From Callorhinchus milii (Eukaryota): DNA of 64,000 bases. Below the pieces are notes generated by a model. That model saw only the letters and a list, made by a program, of their open reading frames with translations, did no database searches and was not told the DNA's origin. How positions within the stretch are numbered: the stretch's first letter is position 1; every line of letters begins with the position of its first letter. Made by a program: the position numbers and the translations under genes. The DNA is taken from contig NW_024704743.1 of assembly GCF_018977255.1 (NCBI RefSeq), positions 17,734,001 through 17,798,000 on the forward strand, given 5' to 3'. Positions 37,819 through 48,700 of this stretch are shown here, one piece after another.

Positions 37819-38573
37819 CTATAAAAATTGGATGAAAAAAAATAAAAATTCGCCCAAGCAAACTATGTTTGTCAATTAACAATACCTACAAAGTCATTGA
37901 TTAAAATGAAATTTTATTTCTTGTTATCATGTTTTGAGCCTACCATTACAGTTATGAGCAGATAGAGCCTGTATAATCAAAGTGTCCATTCCCAAAAGTA
38001 CAACAAGTTTCAGAAGCAGGGAGAGAAGTCTCCACCAAGTCTTTGAAGCTTTAGGGACTGAGTACACACCGGGGAAGGGGAAGGTGAGTGGAGTCTCCTT
38101 GGAACTGAATTGGCTCCAAGGTGACATGTTTGGCAACGGAATGTCGGAATCGAGTCCATCCTCCGTGGCGATCTTGGTAGTCCGGGTCCTGAGCCAGGCG
38201 GGAGTACTCCAGGGCACCGCTGATGACAGCACAGCCAGCCTGGCCCATCAACAGGACCTGGAAGGGTAGGAAACCATCCCACTCAGCTCCTGTTAACCCT
38301 GTAAGCCAAAGCCCTAACGGGTCGGATGGCCCCAGCTGGACAAGCAGCGGGAAAGCTTTCCGGACAGTGCTACCAATGGCAAACTAGGCGGTTATAGCTG
38401 GTTAGACTCCAGCAGTTACCCCAACGCACAGTCTGGGGTCCCCAAGAGTTGGCTGTTGTCAACCTGCGCCCCTAATACTCTCTGGAATCAGGTAGGCAGG
38501 AAGCTTCCCTGCGGAGAGAGAGCGCGCGTTCCACTCCAACAATCTATCTCTGGGATTTCCGTGTGGAGGGAAA

Positions 38574-39180
38574 CCTGGCACAGCTCAGCCTGGTCTGGGG
38601 ACAGTGACGGGAAGCCTGGCACAGCTCAGCCTGGTCTGGGGACAGTGACGGGAAGCCGGGCACAGCTCAGCCTGGTCTGGGGACAGTGATGGGAAGCCCG
38701 GCACAGCTCAGCCTGGTCTGGGGACAGTGATGGGAAGCCCGGCACAGCTCAGCCTGGTCTGGGGACAGTGATGGGAAGCCCGGCACAGCTCAGCCTGGTC
38801 TGGGGACAGTGACGGGAAGCCTGGCACAGCTCAGCCTGGTCTGGGGACAGTGACGGGAAGCCCGGCACAGCTCAGCCTGGTCTGGGGACAGTGACGGGAA
38901 GCCTGGCACAGCTCAGCCTGGTCTGGGGACAGTGACGGGAAGCCGGGCACAGCTCAGCCTGGTCTGGGGACAGTGATGGGAAGCCCGGCACAGCTCAGCC
39001 TGGTCTGGGGACAGTGACGGGAAGCCCGGCACAGCTCAGCCTGGTCTGGGGACAGTGACGGGAAGCCCGGCACAGCTCAGCCTGGTCTGGGGACAGTGAC
39101 GGGAAGCCCGGCACAGCTCAGCCTGGTCTGGGGACAGTGATGGGAAGCTCGGCACAGCTCAGCCTGGTCTGGGGACAGTG
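38574..39180. repeat. 41-bp minisatellite, about 15 copies, in GTPBP10 intron 1
   Basis: Unit GGCACAGCTCAGCCTGGTCTGGGGACAGTGAYGGGAAGCCB repeated head-to-tail without spacers. Confidence 0.97.
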
Positions 39181-39199
39181 GAGCGTGGTGATGAGCTGC

Positions 39200-39480
39200 C
39201 ACAGCTGTCGGCCCCCGGGATGGCCAGCGCTGACCGCTGTTAAACCCCGGTGGGTCTCGGCCGGTCCGACGTCCAGTGACAGCGGTGACTGAGGTCAGTC
39301 TCTCCCACACGGCAGTTACTGACCTGCCTCAGGAGGCCGCAGCCCGCCCGCACCATGGCAACCGGAACATGACAGCACTTCCGCTCCCCGCTCGTCACCG
39401 TGGCAACCCGACCGGAAGTCGCCCCCGCCAGCCCTATGTACTTCCGGTTCACCTCGGATAAAATGGCGCGGTGAGTGAGC
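39200..39480. promoter_or_regulatory. CpG-rich GTPBP10 promoter/first-exon region with ETS, RFX X-box and YY1 motifs
   Basis: CCGGAAGT at 39412-39419, ACTTCCGG at 39440-39447, X-box-like GTCACCGTGGCAAC at 39394-39407, AAAATGGCG at 39460-39468. Confidence 0.75.
39324..39356 (-). CDS. GTPBP10: GTPBP10 exon 1 (start codon)
   Basis: gccATG GTG CGG GCG GGC TGC GGC CTC CTG AGG CAG|gtcagt encodes MVRAGCGLLRQ, in a CpG-rich context. The 10 exons sum to 1113 nt = 370 aa + stop. Confidence 0.9.
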
Positions 39481-41430
39481 GAGAGTGAGTGAGCGGAGGC
39501 AGAAGCGAGAGCAGAGAGGGAGGAGAGGAGAGAGGGAAGGGAGGAGAGGAGAGAGGGAGTGAGGAGAGAGAGAGGAGAGAGGGAGGAGAGGAGAGCAGAG
39601 AGAGAGGGAGGAGTGCAGAGAGAGAGGGAGGAGAGCAGAGAGGGAGTGAGGAGAGCAGAGAGGGAGTGAGGAGAGCAGAGAAGAGGAGAGAGAGGGAGTG
39701 CGGAGAGCAGAGAGGGAGTGCGGAGAGCAGAGAGGGAGTGCGGAGAGCAGTGAGGAGAGCAGAGAGAGAGTGAGGAGAGCAGAGAGAGAGTGAGGAGAGC
39801 AGAGAGAGAGTGAGGAGAGCAGAGGGAGAGTGAGGAGAGCAGAGGGAGGGAGAGCGGAGGGAGAGCAGAGGGAGGGAGGGAGTGGGGAGAGCAGAGGGAG
39901 GGAGTGGGGAGAGCAGAGAGAGAGTGAACGGGGAGAGCAGAGAGAGAGTAAGTGGGGAGAGCAGAGAGAGAGTGAACGGGGAGAGCAGAGAGAGAGTGAA
40001 CGGGGAGAGCAGAGAGAGAGTGAACGGGGAGAGCAGAGAGAGAGTGAACGGGGAGAGCAGAGAGAGAGTGAACGGCGAGAGCAGAGAGAGTGAACGGCGA
40101 GAGCAGAGAGAGAGTGAACGGCGAGAGCAGAGAGAGAGTGAGCGGGGAGAGCAGAGAGAGAGTGAGCGGGGAGAGCAGAGAGAGAGTGAACGGCGAGAGC
40201 AGAGAGAGAGTGAGCGGAGAGAGCAGAGAGGGAGAGAGCGGGAAGAACATAGAGAGAGAGAGAGAGAGAGAGAGAGTGAGCGAATGGGGAGAGCAGAGAG
40301 AGAGAGTGAGCGAGTGGGGAGAGAGAGTGAGCGAGCGGGGAGAGAGAGTGAGCGGGGAGAGAGAGTGAGCGAGCGGGGAGAGAGAGTGAGCGAGCGGGGA
40401 GAGAGAGTGAGCGAGCGGGGAGAGAGAGTGAGCGAGCGGGGAGAGAGAGTGAGCGAGCGGGGAGAGAGAGTGAGCGAGCGGGGAGAGAGAGTGAGCGAGC
40501 GGGGAGAGCAGAGAGAGCGCGAGTGAGCGGGGAGAGCAGAGAGAGCGCGAGTGAGCGGGGAGAGCAGAGAGAGAGCGAGTGAGCGGGGAGAGCAGAGAGT
40601 GAGCGGGGAGAGCGCGAGTGAGCGGGGAGAGCAGAGAGAGAGCGGGGAGAGCAGAGCGAGTGAACGGGGAGAGCAGAGAGCGCGAGTGAGCGGGGAGAGC
40701 AGAGAAAGAGCGGGGAGAGCAGAGAGAGAGCGAGTGAGCGGGGAGAGCAGAGAGAGCGTGAGTGAGTGGGGAGAGCAGAGCGTGAGTGAGTGGGGAGAGC
40801 AGAGCGAGTGAACGGGGAGAGCAGAGAGAGTGTGAGTGAGCGGGGAGAGCAGAGAGCGAGCGAGTGAGCGGGGACAGCAGAGAGAGCGAGTGAGCGGGGA
40901 CAGCAGAGAGAGCGCGAGTGAGCGGGGAGAGCAGAGAGAGCGCGAGTGAGCGGGGAGAGCAGAGAGAGAGCGAGTGAGCGGGGAGAGCAGAGAGAGAGCG
41001 GGTGAGCGGGGAGAGCAGAGAGAGCGCGAGTGAACGGGGAGAGCAGAGAGAGCGCGAGTGAGCGGGGAGAGCAGAGAGAGAGCGGGTGAGCGGGGAGAGC
41101 AGAGAGAGCGCGAGTGAACGGGGAGAGCAGAGAGAGCGCGAGTGAGCGGGGACAGCAGAGAGAGAGCGAGTGAACGGGGAGAGCAGAGAGAGAGTGAGTG
41201 AGCGGGGAGAGCAGAGCGAGTGAACGGGGAGAGCAGAGAGAGAGCGAGTGAGCGGGGAGAGCAGAGCGAGTGAACGGGGAGAGCAAAGCGAGTGAGCGGG
41301 GAGAGCAGAGCGAGTGAACGGGGAGAGCAGAGAGAGAGCGAGTGAGCGGGGAGAGCAGAGCGAGTGAACGGGGAGAGCAGAGCGAGTGAGCGGGGAGAGC
41401 AGAGAGAGTGAGTGGGGAGAGCAGAGAGTG
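39472..41430. repeat. Purine-rich (GA) complex tandem repeat
   Basis: Variants of GAGTGAGCGGGGAGAGCAGAGA, almost all G/A on +. Confidence 0.97.
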
Positions 41431-41574
41431 AAGGGAGTGAGTTATGGGAGGAGAAGGAGGAATGAGGGTGGGGATTGAGTGAGTGCCGAGAGAGGGAGTG
41501 ATGAGGGTGGAGAGTGAGGGGTGAGGGCACCAGAGAGTAACAAATGCACGAGAGGGAGTGGTGAATGTAGGGAG

Positions 41575-42128
41575 GCGGTGAGCTGGGTGTTTAGGGAGGG
41601 CAGTGAGCTGGGTGTTTAGGGAGGGCGGTGAGCTGGGTGTTTAGGGAGGGCAGTGAGCTGGGTGTTTAGGGAGGGCGGTGAGCTGGGTGTTTAGGGAGGG
41701 CAGTGAGCTGGGTGTTTAGGGAGGGCGGAGAGCTGGGTGTTTAGGGAGGGCGGTGAGCTGGGTGTTTAGGGAGGGCGGTGAGCTGGTGTTTAGGGAGGGC
41801 GGTGAGCTGGGTGTTTAGGGAGGGCGGTGAGCTGGGTGTTTAGGGAGGGCGGTGAGCTGGGTGTTTAGGGAGGGCGGTGAGCTGGGTGTTTAGGGAGGGC
41901 GGTGAGCTGGGTGTTTAGGGAGGGCGGTGAGCTGGGTGTTTAGGGAGGGCGGTGAGCTGGGTGTTTAGGGAGGGCGGTGAGCTGGGTGTTTAGGGAGGGC
42001 GGTGAGCTGGGTGTTTAGGGAGGGCGGTGAGCTGGGTGTTTAGGGAGGGCGGTGAGCTGGGTGTTTAGGGAGGGCGGTGAGCTGGGTGTTTAGGGAGGGC
42101 GGTGAGCTGGGTGTTTAGGGAGGGCGGT
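41575..42128. repeat. 25-bp minisatellite, about 22 copies
   Basis: Unit GAGCTGGGTGTTTAGGGAGGGCGGT. Confidence 0.97.
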
Positions 42129-42894
42129 TGTTACTATTATTTAAACATTTATTTGGATTATCAATATGGATGATGATTATATTAACTCATTAAATCCTGT
42201 GAAGAACTGAACTCGAACAATTGAAATAAACTTTCATTTCTCTGAATTAGTCGTGTCATTCTGTTCCATGTTAACACATTCAGTAATACACCAGGAGGTG
42301 ACTGATGCAGTGACTCTCAAACTAATTTGACTGAAGGGTTTCATAGATATATTTTAAACCACTATTTGAACAATCTAATGTACAAAAATTTCTGGAGAGC
42401 AGAGGTGAGTGCATAGAGATATGGTTAGTAAATTCTAGACAACAACAGCAACCTTATCGTAGTGGTCTTTGCATTTGATATAGTGTCTTATGTGAAAATC
42501 TCCTCAAAGCATTAACCCGGATATTACTGTAAGCTGCAGTGACTGTATTTGTAGTTGTACATCAATGACATTTTTTTCTGGGGATTGGACTGAACTCTTG
42601 AGAGAATCTCTTTTTTTGAATAGTGCTATAGATCCTTTAATGTTCACCTGAGCATAGACAGACCGTTGGTTTCAACATCTCGTACAAAGGACGGCACCTG
42701 TGACAATGCACGCTCTCCCAGCATTGCAGTGTAATAGTCCTTACTGCTATCGACCTCGTGAGAGCTCAGACCAAATTGGCTGTTGTTTTCGTCCGCAAAA
42801 CACACTGATCACTGCACTTTACAGTTTATCCTGTGAAGCGCTTTAGGACGTCCTCCTGACACGAAAGCCACTATACCAGTATTATTAGTTTCCT

Positions 42895-43205
42895 CTTGGT
42901 GAGGGAATCCAGAACAAGGGGGTATAATTGTAAAATTAGAGCGAGGCCAGTTAGGAGTGAAATCAGGAAGATTTTTTTCCACGCAAAGGATAGTGGAAAT
43001 CTGGAACTCTTTCCCCAAAAGGTTGTGGGTCCTGAATCCATTCAAATCTTCAAGACTGAGGTGGATACGCATTTGTTGGGTAAGGGTATCAAGGGATATA
43101 GGGAAAGGCAGGTAATTGGAGTTGAGGTACAGATCAGCCATGATCTAATTAGGAATGGCGGAACAGGTTCGAGGGGCTGAATGGCCTACTCCTGTTCCTA
43201 CGTTC
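42895..43205 (+). mobile_element. CR1 3' end
   Basis: Typical CR1 terminal ORF2/3'UTR (tggaactct...ggctgaatggcctactcctgttccta). An inverted copy is at about 7043-7215. Confidence 0.85.
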
Positions 43206-43333
43206 AAACCACATTGCCTTGTACCTTCTCTCCCTTCTTTTCAAAATCTACCTCTTTCAATGAGCCATTGATCAAACTGACCATACTGCCTACCCTGCAC
43301 TCTTTGGTGAGATCTTGCTATTGAACGCAACTT

Positions 43334-43718
43334 GGAGTCCTGTAGCTCAGTGGAGTCCTGCAGCTCAGTAGTTAGGGCACTCGCCTCGCAAGCGAGAGAC
43401 CCGAGTTCGATTCCTGGCAGGGCAAAATGTTGGGCAAGTTTCCTTGCTCCACACGCCTCTGTTTATCTAGCAGTAAGTAGGAACCTGGTTATTAGTTGAT
43501 TGGCGGATCGCTTTTCCAGATGTAATAATTCCTTCAAAAAAAAATACTAAATTGGTCACTTCAATCCACGACAGTTTGTGGGACACTGATGTATGCAATT
43601 GGCTGCTGCATTTCGGACACAAAATATAGTCAATCCACTTTACAGTATATTCTGTGAAGCGCTTTGAGACATCTTGAGGATGTGTTAAGCGCTATATTAA
43701 ATGCAAGGATTATTATGA
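43334..43718 (+). mobile_element. tRNA-derived SINE with duplicated 5' head
   Basis: ggagtcctgtagctcagt ggagtcctgcagctcagt..., B box gagttcgattcc, (tta) tail. Confidence 0.9.
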
Positions 43719-44390
43719 TTAACTCTTTGATCTTGGGACTGTTACGATCAGGACAAAGCACTGCTGCACAAACACACCTGTCCTGTTTAAAATGGTTTTG
43801 TAAAAGAATGTCAGTAACATTACGAAGAGGCCCAAGTATTATCATGGACAAATACCCTTGACAATGATCCCCTTGACAAAACAAGTGACATTTAATATGC
43901 AATATAACTGTCTTCGGTTTAATGCCTGATAAAACATGGAATAAGTGATATATTTCAGTCTTAACACCACAAGACGACTGCCACAAAACCATAAGATTTA
44001 TTTCAACATATTCCCATGCTGTCTGCATTATATAATAGTAGTTCCACGAAACAAAATATTGTAAATTTCATCCTATATATGAAAAAGCCAGCAGAATGAG
44101 TAGAACATGCATTACATGGATTCTTTAGTATTTGGACGTTTTAAAAAAAAGTTATTTCACAAAAATATTTTCCATTGAAAATAAATTTGAAGCAACATCT
44201 GCATTGCGCATTATGTTCATGTTAATCCATCTTAAAAATTCATGCATTAACAAACGGAAACATTGGTTTTAATGTTAATTCGTGTTAAACAATAACAATA
44301 ATTTGTTCACTCAATCCACACTGTTTGTGAGACACCGTTGTGCGCGATTGGCTGTCGCGTTTCGCCCACAAAAAACAGTCCATTCGCTTT

Positions 44391-44632
44391 ACTCTCCAAA
44401 TATATATTTAAGATGTATTCTGACATTTATGTATGTAATAAACGTCAAATATCACGTCCTTTTAATATGTGTCTATGTTCAGCATCATTTCATTTGATAA
44501 AGTCACTCAAGCAAACATTTTTACTGTGGGCTCATACTTTTGTATGAAATAGACATTGTAGTTTGGGCTGTGTTTACCTGTGAGTGCCATCCATCAACTA
44601 ACTGTTCTTACCCACTTAACCCTTTGCTCTGA
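44391..44632 (+). repeat. 242-bp direct duplicate of 52869-53110
   Basis: Near-identical by eye, about 5 substitutions and no indels. Confidence 0.95.
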
Positions 44633-44639
44633 CGGTGTG

Positions 44640-45020
44640 AGCTGCCGAGCGGCAATGGGCAGCCGCGTTTCGCCCACAACATAGGCAGTCAATTCGCTTT
44701 ACGGCGGGTGTCCCGCGAAGCGCTTTGAGACGTCTCCCGAGACGGGACGAGGCGCTACGTCGAACGCAAAGGGTCTCTCCCGGTCGCGATCGAAGGAAAC
44801 CCCGTGAGCGAGAGGACTCCGATAATCCCTCCGAAAGGACAAAGCGATAACAAAAGCGGTCATTTTCCAACCCACGGCTGCCTGTGAGGGCACCGCCGTG
44901 CGCTTCGCCCACAAACACGCGGCCGCCTCACTTTGCGGTGCGTTCCGCGGAGCGCTTTGGGGGACGTGGAAAGCGCTCTCTCGAAATGCAAAGATCATTA
45001 TCAGTATTATGAATATTATT
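44640..45020 (+). mobile_element. Two GC/CpG-enriched SINE 3' halves
   Basis: Recognisably the same SINE family (gaagcgctttgagacgtct..., aaatgcaaagatcatta) but with many A/T->G/C substitutions. Confidence 0.75.
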
Positions 45021-45189
45021 AGTATTGTTCTTCTTAAGTGGAATAGAACCAAGTGTGGGGTTGACTCGCAGAAGGACAAAAAGGGGATGAGATGCCTTTT
45101 TTTTTTGGAATAGCCACGTGAGGAATGGGGCACTGTGGCTGACGCACAGGGGAGTGAGAGGGGAGTGGGAGAGACTGTGGGGGAGGGCT

Positions 45190-45640
45190 GCGGTATAAAT
45201 ATGTGCACCGAATCCCTCAGGTTGTGCGTCCACTGAATCCCAACTCCCCAACTTCTTCCTCCTGAGCCTCAACACAACACAACACAACACAACCCAACAC
45301 AACCGGGGAGACCAGACCAGAGTGTGGGGGGGAAAAAAAGTAGGTGTTTGTCTGTGTCTGTGTGTCTGTGTCTGTCTGTCTGTGTCTGTCTGTCTGTGTC
45401 TGTCTGTCTGTCTGTGTCTGTCTGTGTCTATCTGTCTGTGTCTGTGTGTGTCTGTCTGTGTCTGTCTGTCTGTGTCTGTATGTCTGTCTGTGTCTATCTG
45501 TCTGTCTGTCTGTGTCTATCTGTCTGTGTCTATCTGTCTGTGTCTATCTGTCTGTGTCTGTCTGTCTGTGTCTATCTGTCTGTGTCTGTCTGTCTGTCTG
45601 TGTCTGTCTCTCTCTCTCTCTCTCCAGTCTCAGGTAAGTT
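45190..45640 (+). promoter_or_regulatory. Candidate TATA promoter and non-coding first exon(s) of FAM237B
   Basis: GGTATAAATA with TATAAA at 45194-45199, downstream of a CpG-rich patch. Strong donor CAG|GTAAGT at 45633/45634. Confidence 0.45.
45345..45625. repeat. (TGTC)n/(TC)n microsatellite
   Basis: Direct reading. Confidence 0.95.
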
Positions 45641-45721
45641 GGACACTCTCCATCCCCAGTCTTGTCAGGGACCGACCTGCTCCGGAGTGGGGATGGGAGA
45701 GCTTCGGGTGAACAGCGGAGT

Positions 45722-48700
45722 TGTGGTGTGTGAGTGTGAGTGTGTGTGGTGCTGAGTGTGTGTGTGTGGTGCTGGGTGTGAGTGTGTGTGGTGCTGGGTG
45801 TGAGTGTGTGTGGTACTGGGTGTGTGTGTGTGTGTGGTGCTGGGTGTGAGTGTGTGTGGTGCTGGGTGTGAGTGTGTGGTGCTGGGTGTGAGTGTGAGTG
45901 GTGCTGGGTGTGAGTGTGTGTGGTGCTGGGTGTGAGTGTGTGTGGTGCTGGGTGTGAGTGTGTGGTACTGGGTGTGTGAGTGTGTGTAGTGCTGGAAGTG
46001 TGTGTGTGTGTGTGTGGTGCTGGGTGTGAGTGTGTGTGTGTGTGGTGTTGGGTGTGTGTGGTGCTGAGTGTGTGTGAGTGTGTGGTACTGGGTGTGAGTG
46101 CGTGTGTGTGGTGCTGGGTGTGAGTGTGTGTGGTACTGGGTGTGTGGGTGTGTGGTGCTGAGTGTGTGTGTGTGGTGCTGGGTGTGAGTGTGTGTGTGTG
46201 GTACTGGGTGTGTGAGTGTGTGTGGTGCTGAGTGTGAGTGTGTGTGGTGCTGGGTGAGTGTGTGTGGTGCTGGAAGTGTGTGTGTGGTGCTGAGTGTGTG
46301 TGTGTGGTGCTGGGTGTGAGTGTGTGTGTGTGTGGTGCTGGGTGTGAGTGTGTGTGGTGCTGAGTGTGTGTGTGTGTGTGGTGCTGGGTGTGAGTGTGTG
46401 TGGTGCTGAGTGTGTGTGTGTGTGGTGCTGGGTGTGAGTGTGTGTGTGTGTGGTGCTGAGTGTGAGTGTGTGTGGTGCTGGGTGTGGGTGTGAGTGTGAG
46501 TGTGTGTGGTGCTGGGTGTGAGTGTGTGTGTGTGTGGTGCTGGGTGTGAGTGTGTGTGTGGTGCTGGGTGTGAGTGTGTGGTGCTGGGTGTGAGTGTGTG
46601 TGGTGCTGAGTGTGTGTGTGTGTGGTGCTGGGTGTGAGTGTGTGTGTGTGGTGCTGGGTGTGAGTGTGTGTGTGTGTGGTGCTGAGTGTGAGTGTGTGTG
46701 GTGCTGGGTGTGAGTGTGAGTGTGTGTGGTGCTGGGTGTGAGTGTGTGTGTGTGTGGTGCTGGGTGTGAGTGTGTGTGTGGTGCTGGGTGTGAGTGTGAG
46801 TGTGTGTGGTGCTGGGTGTGAGTGTGTGTGTGTGTGGTGCTGGGTGTGAGTGTGTGTGTGGTGCTGGGTGTGAGTGTGTGTGGTGCTGGGTGTGAGTGTG
46901 TGTGGTGCTGGGTGTGTGAGTGTGTGTGTGTGTGGTACTGGGTGTGTGTGTGTGGTGGTGCTGGGTGTGAGTGTGTGTGTGTGTGGTGCTGGGTGTGTGT
47001 GTGTGTGGTGCTGGGTGTGTGGTGTGTGTGTGTGGTGGTGCTGGTGTGTGGTGTGTGTGTGTGTGTGGTACTGGGTGTGTGTGTGTGTGGTGCTGGGTGT
47101 GTGAGTGTGGTGTGGTGTGTGTGTGTAGTGTGTGTAGGTGGTGCTGGGTGTGTGTAGTTGGTGCTGGGTGTGTGTGTAGAGTTAGTTGGTGCTGGGTGTG
47201 TGTAGTTGGTGCTGGGTGTGTGTGTGTGGTGCTGGGTGTGTGAGTGTGTGGTGCTGGGTGTGAGTGTGTGTGTGTGTGGTGCTGGGTGTGTGAGTGTGTG
47301 TGTGTGTGGTACTGGGTGTGTGTGTGTGTGGTGCTGGGTGTGTGAGTGTGTGTGGTGCTGGGTGTGTGAGTGTGTGGTGCTGGGTGTGTGGGTGTGTGTG
47401 GTGCTGGGTGTGAGTGTGTGTGGTGCTGGGTGTGTGTGGTGTGTGGTGCGGGGTGTGTGTGTGTGTGGTGCTGGGTGTGTGTGGTGCTGGGTGTGTGTGT
47501 GTGGTGCTGGGTGTGTGAGTGTGTGGTGCTGGGTGTGAGTGTGTGGTGCTGGGTGTGTGAGTGTGTGGTGCTGGGTGTGTGGGTGTGTGTGGTGCTGGGT
47601 GTGTGAGTGTGTGGTGCTGGGTGTGAGTGTGTGTGTGTGTGGTGCTGGGTGTGAGTGTGTGTGTGTGTGTGTGGTACTGTGTGTGTGTGTGTGTGGTGCT
47701 GGGTGTGAGTGTGAGTGTGTGTGGTGCTGGGTGTGAGTGTGTGTGGTGCTGGGTGTGAGTGTGTGGTACTGGGTGTGTGAGTGTGTGTGGTGCTGGGTGT
47801 GAGTGTGTGTGTGTGGTGCTGGGTGTGTGAGTGTGTGTGTGTGTGTGGTACTGGGTGTGTGTGTGTGTGGTGCTGGGTGTGAGTGTGTGTGTGTGTGGTG
47901 CTGGGTGTGTGTGTGTGTGGTGCTGGGTGTGAGTGTGTGGTACTGGTGTGTGAGTGTGTGTGGTGCTGAGTGTGAGTGTGTGTGTGTGGTGCTGGGTGTG
48001 TGTGGTGCTGGGTGTGAGTGTGTGTGTGTGGTGCTGGGTGTGAGTGTGTGGTACTGGGTGTGTGAGTGTGTGTGGTGCTGGGTGTGAGTGTGTGAGTGTG
48101 TGGTACTGGGTGTGTGTGTGTGTGGTACTGGGTGTGTGTGGTGCTGGGTGTGAGTGTGTGAGTGTGGTGCTGGGTGTGTGAGTGTGTGGTACTGGGTGTG
48201 TGAGTGTGTGTGGTGCTGGGTGTGAGTGTGTGTGTGTGGTGCTGGGTGTGAGTGTGTGTGGTGCTGGGTGTGTGAGTGTGTGGTACTGGGTGTGTGTGGT
48301 GCTGGGTGTGAGTGTGTGAGTGTGTGGTACTGGGTGTGTGAGTGTGTGGTACTGGGTGTGTGAGTGTGTGTGGTGCTGGGTGTGAGTGTGTGTGTGTGTG
48401 GTGCTGGGTGTGAGTGTGTGGTGCTGTGTGTGTGTGTGTGGTGCTGGGTGTGTGAGTGTGTGGTACTGGGTGTGTGGGTGTGTGTGGTGCTGGGTGTGTG
48501 TGTGAGTGTGTGGTGCTGGGTGTGAGTGTGTGTGGTACTGGGTGTGTGGGTGTGTGTGGTGCTGAGTGTGAGTGTGTGTGTGTGGTGCTGGGTGTGTGGG
48601 TGAGTGGTGCTGGGTGTGTGTGTGAGTGTGTGCTGCTGGGTGTGTGTGTGTGTGTGTGTGGTGCTGAGTGTGAGTGTGTGTGTGTGTGTGGTGTGGTGCT

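Noticed and set aside
38574..39180. CRISPR-like appearance of the 41-bp repeats
   Set aside because: Head-to-tail units without unique spacers, in eukaryotic DNA with no cas genes.
39240..41530. Very long ORFs (336-693 aa) on - and Glu/Arg-rich ORFs on +
   Set aside because: Translations of the GA-rich tandem repeat: low complexity and open in several frames. Only the 33-nt GTPBP10 exon 1 inside them is real.
41575..42128. Interstitial telomere
   Set aside because: Only one TTAGGG per 25-bp unit, never tandem hexamers.
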